Below the pieces are notes generated by a model. That model was not told the origin of the DNA. It was given only the letters and a program-made list of their open reading frames with translations, and made no database searches. A stretch of DNA of 59,222 bases from Catajapyx aquilonaris (lineage: Eukaryota): contig KZ538120.1 in assembly GCA_000934665.2 (NCBI GenBank), forward strand, positions 62,001-121,222, given 5' to 3'. Made by a program: the position numbers and the translations under genes. Positions 1 to 12,000 of the stretch are shown one piece after another (the first letter of the stretch is position 1; each line of letters begins with the position of its first letter).

Positions 1-1978
1 CCTCCCCATTTCGCGAACACGTTACTAGCCCATATAACTTAACAAATTGCCATCATTCGAGACAAAGGCCAGAGTTGACTTCCCTTACACAAATGATCGT
101 CGTTAATAATGGATGTTGATTAAGTGCTATAAAAAATTCAGGTTTCTTCTCACCTCTTTCTACAGCTGTTGAAGCTCCATTACTGGCATTAGATGGGCAT
201 CAGACGGATGAAGATGGTGTTATGTCACGAGATGTTGGTCGGATGCAGATGGGCTGATAAAGTTTCCCAATACACATAAAGTTTTGGGGGTAATTGGGTT
301 GGAGGAAGAGATTTCCAACTGATGAGAACTAGGCTAACTCGCTGGGTTTGTGGGGACCTTTAGTAGCTAATGCAAAGCTTATTTCCACATGGATGCCTAG
401 AGTAATTGGGACACTTTAGAGGAAGTTGTTTCATGGCCAACTTTACGCCTGTAGGTTATACCTCACGTTGTACAAGAGTGAGGTTGTGTACAAGTCAGGA
501 TAGAAACATCGGACTGTCCCGTGTCCGAACCGTTACCAAAACTGCAGGAGAATTTGGCCCGTCATCCGAAAACGTGATGCAAGACTTTTGCTTCGTCATG
601 ACCTTTCCGAACGAGACACGGAGGGCTGTTCCCCCCCTCCCCCCTCCCCCCCGATATTGACCGCACGTGTTGTTTCAACCAAGGTTGGCGTATCGCATTA
701 AGTGGGAACGAGTGGATTAATTGGTCATCACGTGGCACAGATTAGCCCTTCCAATCCCATCCATAGCTGGCATTAATGGTCGCGTCCACAGCCCGAAATT
801 TTTTGGGGGTGGTGTTACGTCCCCGAAGCGGTAAACTGGTTCCGATGACATGTAATGCAGGCATGTTGACGATGCAAAATACACCCCAATCCCTCGCTTT
901 TATATAACCCTGATGTCAAGCCTATATAGGATGGGTACGCCAGTAGGGTCTGACTTTGATGCATCGTGTGCATGTGCAACACATATTTTCAGTAGGACCT
1001 GTCCGAATTCACTCCCAGGATCGTTTGTGTGCGCAGAAACATGCGGTCGGGGGGGACCCATTTTTCAGAAGCAGTTTTAGGCCATTTGCAGACGAGTAAA
1101 AGGAACCTGGAATTCAACCAAGAGCACATGAATTCAAATAAATATATTTATTGCATTGCTACCATGTGGAAAATTTTCCAACAGCACTTAAACTGGAGGG
1201 ACAAATAAATTGGGTTACATGTACCAATTGCGCTCACATTCCTGTCTCAACAAGCAAGTCCGGTTTAAGTTTACCACACCCTATCGTACAGTTTTCTAGA
1301 TTTTTCCTGGCCAGTAGAAACTTTACGAAACTTTCTGGTGACACTTTTTTTTGGCTTCGTTTCTCTCTCCTCACTCTTTTATTCAGGGAAGTGTCACATT
1401 CAACACTTGGTGCGGTCGCGCTGAGCATTAGGTCTCGTTGTACCCTGAGGCCTATTTCTGTACCTAGAAAATCGAGGATGGAAACTATGGAAACAAGCAG
1501 CCTCCACACCAAAAAAAAACTACTACTGCTGCTGCCTGTTTTTGGCTCCGCCCAGCCTCACCTTGACAACGTGCCGTCCTCTGGACCAATCAGAAAGCGA
1601 GCCAGGTGATCGATTGTGTGTCCCCAACACCCACCACTTCCGCCCACTCACTAAAATCCTCCGGCAGCAGTGTCGCCACGTTTTTGGCCCCATTTTATCT
1701 CATCCCACCCACCCACCCACTACAGCTATTACCACATGGAAAAAAATAACACCCTCAACACCGCTTTGTTGCTGGTTGTTGGGTTATTTATTAGAGTACA
1801 GAGAGGGTTGGGGGGGGGGGGGGTAGCCCCCAATTTTTTAATTTTGCGCCGGTATGCTATTAGGCTTAATTGGCATAACCCCCTGATGGGGGGGGGGGGG
1901 GGGATGGGGATTGTTACAGCACGTGATGCGGGGCGTGGATGTGAAAAATTGCGGCCATATTGATAATTAGCCGAAGTG

Positions 1979-2072
1979 TGACGTGGCGAGCACCGATTGG
2001 TTCATTAGCTAATATGCAAAATGTACGTGTGACGTGGCCAGCGCTGATTGGCTAATCAACTAATATGCAAAT
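1979..2072 (-). promoter_or_regulatory. Two 51-bp-period copies of a composite TGACGTGG / CCAAT-N9-CCACG (ERSE consensus) / octamer-like element
   Basis: CGTGG-N9-ATTGG at 1982-2000 and 2033-2051 (reverse complement CCAAT-N9-CCACG). TGACGTGG at 1979 and 2030. ATGCAAAAT at 2014 and ATGCAAAT at 2065. Function is inferred only. Confidence 0.45.
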
Positions 2073-2142
2073 CAAGCATCACCTTTGCAAATTTCAAACC
2101 TAAATTTTCACATTTCAGTAGGCCCCTTAATCGAGCTAATAC

Positions 2143-2410
2143 CTGTACTCCCGATTATCCGGGTGCGGATTATACGTGCATCGCCAGAACAAATGAAAAT
2201 AAATCAAAATCTGAAAAATTTCAATTTGTCTCGCAACCAAAGAAAATAATAGACGATTTCCAGGAGACAAGCTAAAAATGTGTGGTACATTTTAAATTTT
2301 GATTAAACCTGATTTAAAGCAGCATACACTATTACTGTATTTATAACCATTTTCCGATTATCCGTGTTTTTCTTTTGTAGGGCCATTAGCCCGGATAACC
2401 GGGAGTACAG
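2143..2410. mobile_element. MITE (non-autonomous Tc1/mariner-pogo-like DNA transposon), about 268 bp
   Basis: 21-bp terminal inverted repeats CTGTACTCCCGATTATCCGGG (2143-2163) and CCCGGATAACCGGGAGTACAG (2390-2410) with 1 mismatch. TA directly right of the element and one base from its left end. Subterminal GATTATMCGTG repeats and an AT-rich noncoding interior. Confidence 0.8.
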
Positions 2411-2925
2411 TATAACCCATTTCTATTATTATACTGTAAAGGTTACTTGCAAAGTACGTGTGACTTTTCTAGTTAATATGTAAAATTACATGCAAACGTG
2501 GCCCAGTGCCGATTGGCTAAAAAATTACGTGCAAATTTATTCACGTCAGCACTTTTGCAACTTTTGCAATTTCGACATCCACGCCTGAGCGCACCACACT
2601 TGTTTTTTATTATTATTTTCCATCCATGTTCTTCAGTGGCGGGAAAAGTAAAAGAGTCGAGGGAAAAAAAAAAGTTGAGCTCTTTGAGCTATTAATGCGG
2701 CCTGAATAATAGGAAATGGAGGCTCCAATCCCTCCGCCCCTTCCGAATTGATGCGCCAGAAGTCTCTCGGGCGGAAATATGATTGCATGTGAGGTGATTT
2801 TGATCTAAGATTGAGTCGGATCTAATTCGAGCGCAATAATAGGACAGAGAGAGAGACAGAAAAGAAGTATATACGTATATGGTATGGGAGGCTGAGCAGG
2901 CAAAAAAGCAAACCCAGAGTGGAAA

Positions 2926-3022
2926 ATGTGGCAACGTGGCATTGTCTCTGCTGTGCTGCTGCTGCTGCTGCTTCTCCTTTCCGTTTCCATGGCGACTCTC
3001 GAAAGGAACATGAGAGTATCTG
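2926..3022 (+). CDS. IA-2: IA-2 coding exon 1, signal peptide MWQRGIVSAVLLLLLLLLSVSMATLERNMRVS(G)
   Basis: AAAATG start context, in-frame stop upstream (TGA 2893-2895), poly-Leu hydrophobic core, donor TG|GTAGGA in phase 1 that joins correctly to the GCLF exon. Confidence 0.8.
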
Positions 3023-6000
3023 GTAGGATGTATAAAGTTGGACAGCACGCCGCAAGAGCTGCTGCGGAATGGTGGGGGGGGCTGTTTCTTGGAGATGGTG
3101 GGGGGAGAAGAGGAAGAAGCTGGTCAAGTTTCAGATCAATCATGTTGTGACGGAATTGCAAAAAAATATGAGGGGGGGGGGGTTCAGTGTCGAGCAGGAA
3201 GTGAGCACATCACTGGAAGTCACGCTTCAGTTTGTCGCACAATAAACTGGTTGTGTTCAAAAGGAAATATTATTAATTTTAGAGGCTATAACAATATTAG
3301 TTACATCATTGGCAACTGTAGACCTCTCGTAAGTGAAATGCATCCATTCAGTATAATATTTATAACTGATTATAGTGAACCCGTTGCCAAAACCTACAAT
3401 CAGTATGAGAGTGATGATTTTTGTTTTATTTCATTTATTTGCGATACCCCTTTCGAGGGCAGTACCCTTTTTGGGGGAGAGTGACAATTATATTAAAAAA
3501 TTTAATGAGATGGTCCGACGATTTACCACGCAGTACTATTCTTCAGGCATAGATGGCGGACTCTCTCTCTCTGCACACTCCCACCACCCTCAGGTCGTGC
3601 AAGATATAGCGATACTATCAGGTCGGACAAACGGAGAGAACAAGGCTATTAGGAGAAAGATATTTTTGTACACATAATAATAGATGAAACTATCCAAAAT
3701 TACTGACAAAAATTGAAGTGGTGTAGTTCTGGACAAATTGAAACTTTTGAGGTAATTGCTTAGAATACACTTTTTAATAAATAATTTTTCAGCAAATTAT
3801 ACGATGAAGCCGATTTATCGATACTATTTTTTAAACCAAGTACGTAGATTTTTTTCTGCTAGTAAATTGTAGGCTACTGTACACCATGTAGTTAAAATCT
3901 ATGGCACCTATATTACGTAACCTCCGTGTCCAAAAAATCAACCCTTGCAGCACCCTTAGCGACTAAACGGGTACAAGTTACGTTAAGTACAAGTTGCAGA
4001 AGTTGGTAGGGGCCAAAATTTCATAAATTATGCTTAATGTGCAGGGGCCCATTTGGCCCTCATCTCTGAGAGAGAGGGAGGGGTTGGAACGAAGCGCAGT
4101 TGGGTCATCTTACAGCTTGTTTTCCGGTGCTGGGCTGAACGGTTTGCCTGGGCTGGACGATTTACATGCGCCTTGGGAGGGTCAGGGTATCGGGTTAACA
4201 CGTAATGGCTGGGAAAGGCGAGAAAAGGAAGACAAATGATGTTGGGGAGAGGGGGGGGGGGGGGAAAGGTCCGGGGGAAAACACACTACAAAACTATAGG
4301 TTGGGGGGAAATTAATGGAGCAACCGACGGAGCCCAAAATGCATCTTTTTATCCGGAACCCCTGACTGGATTCAAGTCCCGGAAAGAAACCAGCGGGATA
4401 TGAAATCAAAGGGATGTAGGACACAAAAGGGAGTGGCGGAGTTTCTTGGTTGGGGAGGAAGGGTAGGAGGGTTGGGATTGATTGATGACACGAAGCGGTC
4501 TACTGGATGTATATGTGCATGTTGGGAATCAAATTTCGACACGCGAAAGGCCGTGCCTCTCAGGCCGATTAGTTTGGAGGAATCAAATAGTGTGCATCTC
4601 ATCCAGTGGGTTTCGAGGGTAGTGTAACGTTGGGGGGGTCAACCATACTGTAAGTCACGTAAAAGTACGGACATAAAATCAACATTTACGTTCACATTGA
4701 AGAACATTATCAATAAATAGTAGGCTGTTATTTTATTAAGTGCAGTATTGTAATTTAAAATAAGGATTGTAAGAAATAAATTAATTGTAATAAATCCTGA
4801 ATTTTATTCCAATGTTCGGTGGGTTTTCTTGGGGTTTCTGCCGTTTCTTCCCACGATCAACTGCAGCAACCACCAATCGGTAGTTATTAGTCTTAAATAT
4901 ATATTAGTGCAATACACGACAGTTTATAATCAGCGATATTAATTCTAAATACCGTAAGTAAACTTTATATTATCAGCCACCTCAAAAAATTAAACTTAAA
5001 AATTTGTGTTTGTCCAAAAGTGACGGTACGTGACATCGAGGCTTAGGGGGGATGATATAAGAAGCGGAAAACTAGCCAAACTATTTCCATGTAGAAGCAA
5101 AATTTGGCAACTGCTCCTAGTCTCGGATGTTAAACCAGTCGGATGCACTGAATAATTCCAGTGGGCCGCTGACATTTAAGTGGGGGCTTTTGTACCTCGC
5201 GGCCAGCATTGTTCGTCCGCACAATAACAAGTACATAGTCCCATAATTACCGCGATTTTTAGAGCCGGATTTTAGCTGCAGTGTTTGCTATAAAATGTCG
5301 GATCATATAAAAGGAATGACTGCGGAGACGCTTCAGAAGAGTACACATCATTTTTAGTCGAAAGAGTATGGCGTGGGATTTGTGTGGTGCAACTTCGGAT
5401 GACGTGTGGGGGGTGCCATGACGGCCTTCTGTATAGACGTGACGTCAAAGGGTAGAAATGCGGGGGCAGAGGAAAAGCCTTCCCGTCCTTGTGCCTTGGA
5501 TAATGAATGGGAAAGGCACACCCGCATGGATCGATCACTGGGCCTTGTTGGGTTCATTGAGCCCCCCCAGACTTTACCCAAACCTATCTTCTGCACCCTG
5601 ATATTTTGGTCACGGAGTATTTTTTTATTCATTTCTTAAAACCCCCCTCTACAGAACTTTGCTCAAGTTGCTCTTTTTTGTAGAAGTAAAAAGCTGTATT
5701 TATGCCTGGTTGTATGGATGCTTATTAAAGGCACCAGATCGGATAAAGGGCCGGTTGTATCGACCCAGTAATAGATAAAATCTCCAATTATGTGTAGGTA
5801 TTCGCAGAAAGCAATTATAAAATTTTTATACGAGTAGCTATGAGTTGATGCAATTGGTCCGAAAAATATGATTCATTGTTGTAGACCTATTTGTTACCAG
5901 AAATGTTAAAACCCGTTATATTGACCAGTGTATGCTCCGTTGTTTAATTGCTAATTAAAGCAAATTTCTGATTATTTACATATAGCCTGGTGTACTAACC

Positions 6001-9000
6001 GCGCGTTAATAAGAGCGTTTATTCGTATAATCTTTGTTCATTCAAACTGGCCATTAATGTATCCGACCTACAAGGGAAGCATCTGATATTACGTATATGA
6101 TATCCGTAATCATATTACATAATCTGAGATTTTCCCTTAATTTGCTTTCATATAACCTGGCCTGAATATTAGGCTTAATTGACGCTGGTTATTAAGGCGG
6201 GGATTGCGGAAAGCTTATGCCGACGCTTGGTTTATTCTGTCAAGCTGATTACACCCTAATAATTGCGGAGTTAGGAAGTAATGAAATCCTGAAGGCAAGA
6301 TTGTGACCCACTTATTTACAATGCTGACTGGGAGATGCTGCTTTTATCTTTTGCATCAAACAGCGAGGACAGTCGTTGACATTGTAATATTCCACTTTTC
6401 ATTTTTTTTGTGCAGATTTTCACGTGATTTTGTATTGTTTGAAAATATTGCGGTGGGTTGCATTATTTGTTGTTCATTTTTGCTACCTATTTCGTAAGAA
6501 AATATGCTGTTTAACATATTTTGTGATAAACACAGTGGATATCCAAAAATAAGGAGAGGTTACTATCATCATTACAAAATGTGACCAAATAATTTTGCAA
6601 TTTAGCGATATACTGCGTCTAACTAGACCTCCAGAGGCTATTAGGCTGCGTAAGTGACAGGATATCGCCTCCTACATTTCAATTACTCTATACCATTGCA
6701 TACTAGCCCAAAGTAATATGCATTCATATGAAGGAAACATCACGCCCAGCGTATATAGTGAAACCCATTATTGAAGCTGGCCATATCTGGAGGGTGCAAA
6801 AATCCAATGCGCGACCCGCTTGATTCGCGAAAATAGATCTGTCCTGAATTGGAGGATGGGGTTTGCGGGCAGTTGCATAGGAAGTTGATTGGATCGGATC
6901 GTCCTCCTCGATCGAGCCCAATCCTACAAAGACTCCCCGAGGATGTCCCCAAGAGCCCCTTGATAGGATCTGCCTCTCTCCCACACACACCCAGAACCCC
7001 CACAAGAAAAGTTTTTTTTTTGATGGGGGTGGGGGGTGGGGGGTGGAGAAGAAATTCCCTGCCTGCCACATTATGGGGGGCTGGGCTTTTGGGAGCAACG
7101 TGGGTCGCATCCCCAAAACGCCTTCTAATGGCGCCCTTTTATGGGTAGTAAAAAGTGAGGGAGGGAAAAGAAGGGGGGGGGGGAACAATGCCTTTGCCCT
7201 TTTTACCAAGAAAGCTGTTGGAAAGCATACTCAGANGGGGGCGTTACTGTGGCTATTCATTATTCGGTTATGAACTCAATTAAGGGGCTGGAAGTGAGAA
7301 ACAATAAATTTGGGGGGAGGTCGCCGTTTGTCTGTGGGATTTCAGGTGTAATGGCTACCAGGAACACATGCATATTGATCAGGTTTTGTCTTTGGAGATT
7401 ACTCCCTCGATTGAATATTCATGGGGACAGGGCTGGATTTAGCTGCTTGCCTTTACCTGGACTGGCAACTGGACTATTTTTTATTAATCGAGCTGGGAGG
7501 AGGTAGACACGGGGTTTTCTTACGGATGCAGGTGTTTTGGGACGTGCGATAACTTAATCAGTGCGATGCGCATGTAATTTTTATGACTTCTGGTATCAGT
7601 GAACTCTATAGGTTCCTCATACAATTTAAGCGAACTATTGATGGTCAGAGCTGGATACACCTTTTTGTCTGCGCAGCAATTGTTGATTACTCTTTTGTCA
7701 CAGCACTGATAATAGTGGATTACCTGTACGACAGAGCATTTTAAAACTGCTGCGTACTTTTTCGAATGTATGTGCTTGACCTCAATACATCATGCAGCTA
7801 CTACCGCACTGACTGTTTAATAAATAATTTGCCGCAATGCTGACAATATGCATTATGAAGCTATTGTCTAAATATTTGCATGTACTTCATTCTCGATTTT
7901 TTTATACTTGATATGCATCAATAATCAATATGTTCAGTTATATACTGCACCAGTTGTTATGCACAAAGCCATTTCTTATTTAGATGTTTTTACACACTAG
8001 CCTGAAAAGTGGAGGCGTATTTACGAGTTACCTCTATAGCATTATGCATCAGTTTTCTCCACCCACCTGATCTTCGTCCTTCATGAACACCCACACACTT
8101 TCAGATGCTATAAAATAGGGGTATTGATTATGTCTCAATACAAACCTACACTGTTGACACCCCCGCCTTAGGAAATCAAATCTGGTGGGATAAACTAACA
8201 GGCTCTGCAAAAGATGCTGATTGGACCAGAAAAGGCCAACGGGGGGGTTAGTCCATGACGACTTCCAGTTAATGCGGTTTGTATGGTGTCTGCCAACATC
8301 AATTTTGACGGGGTAAATGCAAAGGGATAGGTTGCTATGCACTAGTTATCCGGATTGAGTCTGTCTCCCAGGGTTACAAATGAATAGGAACAGCAGCAGG
8401 TGCGTCTGCCAACTGCTCCCCAGTCGAATGACGAGAAAGAAGACTGACTACTCGTCTTGAAAATCAATGTCGACCATTGCATGTTTCATGATGAGGGATT
8501 GTTTGTGGCCTCGCTTTAGAGAACCCGCATATATTTCAAAAGGGGGCAAGTGAGACAATGACAGATGCTTTTGAAGCATCCTTTCTACTTCGAAGACTTA
8601 AAATTTTGGGAATAATAAACACTGCTTTTTTGTCTGTCTTTCCAGGCTGTCTATTCAGCGAGACCCTCTGCGAAACGGAATACGAATGGTGCTACGATGG
8701 TAAGTTACATGTCATGCACATCAACGCGCAATAGATATTTTATCTGGCGAAGACACGTGAATAAAAATGGCATGTCTGGATCATAATTCGTGACCATATA
8801 TAACCCCGCTTGGAATGTCAAAGGGTGCAAATATACGAGCTCGTAAATATATGAGCACTTTATTTGCGATAGGATTTTTTTTGTATTCAGATTTTTTTTT
8901 TATTCTTTGCAAATCGGGAGGAAGGTTTAAGAGCCTTGCGACGATTTACGGGCTCCGATATGCCACATCGCATTAATATCGGCATATTTTATTTCCTACA

Positions 9001-12000
9001 CTTTCCCACTTCCTCCTTAGAAGAGAGGGGCGTCACGGCCAAGTGACATTTTATTTCGCTTCATAAATCTGGGTCCCGTCGACTTCCCAGAATTGAAGAG
9101 CCCTCCCCCCACTTTCCCCATTTATGCGACGACTTTTTTTAAAGTCCTCCCCCAATGTAAAATAATGATGGCTTTTACAAGGACCTTAATTGCCTGCGAT
9201 AGGTTGTTGGGAAATATTTCATCCTGCTCCAGCTAATCGGGTTGTAGCTCTTGGGGACTCGCGATTTCGGGGGATTCCCGGAGATTGAGATCTAATGTGA
9301 GCGATTGTTCCAGGCACTATTTCATTCAGCCCGGAATTGAGGGTTCCGGGATTGTATTTTTTTTGCGTATTGCATATGCAGGAAACTCCGTTTGACGGAT
9401 GCGGATACGAGAGGTGTCAATATCTCCGGTTTATATAACGTATGGGAACTGTTCGATAGATTTTCATCTTGATGGGATATCGGAGCCAAATGGCAGTGTA
9501 ACTTGCTGATTGTGTCGGGTACGATTTATCTGGATGCAGCTACATATTGTGGAGGGGTGGTAATAAAAGGGGGGCAATTGCATGTTTTAAGCCGGTAGAC
9601 AAATTAGGGGTTGGTCTAGCAAGTGCAAATAAGCAGCGTGAGAATTAGGCTGGAAATGCATTAGAGGCAAGCAGATGCGTTAAGTGCTGCATTGTTGCAT
9701 ATTTAACGATTTAAAGGTTGTGTAAGAGTAGCAGGTAGCAAACTTTCAATTTAGACTGTTCATAGCTAACATTAGGAAAAAATAATTCGTTAAAAAGATG
9801 GGAGATATATGGCCTGAAGCGTGAATTAATATTTGCCGTCTGGTGCTCTTGTTTGCTTATGACTTATGTGTGCCTGTAAGGTTTAACTGCAACTGCATTA
9901 AAATTAACTGAGTCTGAATAATAATGTGACCTTTCAAGTCGCACCACAAAAACGATTTTATGTATACCATGAAAACTGTACAGTAAACACATATACTGCA
10001 GGGAGCCATAAAGTGACGACAGCCGAACTGTATATAACATGTTAGAATGCACTATAACACATTCAGAGGATGTGACCTTGACAGGGGAAATATTACACGT
10101 GTTTGACGCATTTTTGATGACAGTAATATTTTAATGGCGATGCAAAATAAATAACCGCTAATTCCACACATGTCCATCATTAGCATGCTCTTTGCTTTCA
10201 AAAAATTATTTGCCGGATTACGAACTAATGCAGTGTCCATTAGCCAGCGCAGTATAATTTGTACATTTTTAAAACCAAGTTTGACATGTACTGCACATCA
10301 TTTCTTAAATGTATAATGCTGGTAACACATGACCCGAATTTCAGAGAAATTGCAGGATTTTGAACGGTTTGAAATTTGCATATTGCATTATTTCGTGCAG
10401 GATTTTTAAACGTTTTTATATGTGGCTGTTACTTATCAGGTATCTTCTTTTCTTCTTTTTTTATTCAATATGATTTTTTATTCAATTCCTCTCACCCCAT
10501 TGGTACGTAGCCAAGATGTCCAAACAAAATCCCACCGATTATCATGTAACCGTCCTAGAATTGCTCATTTGAGAAATTTCTTTTCGTCGCAGGAAGAGAC
10601 TATATATACACTTTGATCTAGTGCTTTGCGGGGGTAGAGGTTGTGGGGGAAGTTGTGTTTCTCGCTATGGTTCCCCCCCCCCCCCCNCCCCCCCCCTCCG
10701 AGGGAATTAATTGCGATCGTGGGTCGATTCGATTCTCCCCAGTCCTGCAAACAATCGGCCAATCCAAAAGACTAAATGAGGTGAGAGACGAGGGAAGAGA
10801 GTCGAAAGTGACGTTGATGTCTGTGAAGAAAAGGGGAAGGCGGCAGGCACATGCTTGATTTTCTGCCTGATAACGCCCTTCACAATGAAAGCAAAGGCGG
10901 AGGTTTCTCTCCAAGAAATAGAGACTTGCCGAGGTGAAGAACCTCGAGGAGGGGGAACCAGATTTGGGTTTGCCAAAGGAAAAGGGAAATGAAGAGGGTG
11001 ATAAGGCCTGAGGGTGGGGGTGGAAAAATACATCAAGCATGATGCCAGAAAGGTGTAAGGTGTCACTTCAGGTTAGGTTTCCTCGATTGAATGACCTAAT
11101 TTGTGGGGCAGGAATAATGGAATCCAGTGAAAGGATGTGCATTACAAGCTTACGTGTTGATGGGATTTAATCCAGTTTTTTAAAAGCCAGTCGAAGCTTG
11201 ACGGTAAGCATGTTGTGTTGTATATAAAAATGGGATGCAAATGTTTGGCCGTTTTAAGGAAAAAGATATGTTTTATTCCGTTTGCGAACACTTTGCACAC
11301 ACAGATTCGCGGTAATGCTTTTAATTCCGTCACTATTCTAGGCGTACGTGGAAATGTACTGCATGTCGAGGGCTTGGGTATAAATAGTGGCTGCACTAAT
11401 TTGTCAGCGGAAATGACACACATTTATGAAGAGCTTTTTGATGTGTCAGCCTACAGGTTCGCATTAAAACGTCAATGTAAAAGATGAATAATTATTTTAT
11501 TGATGAAGATATACACACTTTATTTCATTTCTTGGCAACTGGTACATTTCTTACTGCTTGTAGACAGATGTGACCACTGGTCGATACCATACCAGGTGAA
11601 CCTAATTTGTTCAACTCCTTCCGACCTGCTCGTTCAGCGTCGGATACCACCGTCTATAGTAATTTTATAAAAGCAGCGTTTTGTTCCCTGGATTTGGAGG
11701 AATAAAAGGGGATCTTTTCCTTCCTTTCAGATTACGCCTTCGGTCGTTGTCTGCCATTGGATGGGTCAATCGGAGACGATGACCTCTATCGGTGAGTTGA
11801 CCGGTTCTGATTTATTTGGCTCCTGGCTTTTCGATTGGTAGGAAAAGGAAGAATCCGCCACAAACGACCAAACTTATCTGGTGGGGGGCCAAATAATCCG
11901 CCAACCGAGCCTTCCTTCCCATATTTTTGGGCTATGGGACATTTTGCAACTTTCTCCCACATTTTTTTGTTGCTTTTTTGGCGAATCAACCTTCTACTTT

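Noticed and set aside
1478..1605. METMETSSLHTKKKLLLLLPVFGSAQ... as an alternative signal-peptide exon
   Set aside because: Short hydrophobic core, and its donor (AG|GTGATC) is weak and in phase 2, incompatible with phase-1 exon 2
3405..3480. MRVMIFVLFHLFAIPLSRAVPFLGE as an alternative signal-peptide exon
   Set aside because: Hydrophobicity comes from a T-rich tract, and the nearby phase-1 donor (A|GTGACA) is very poor
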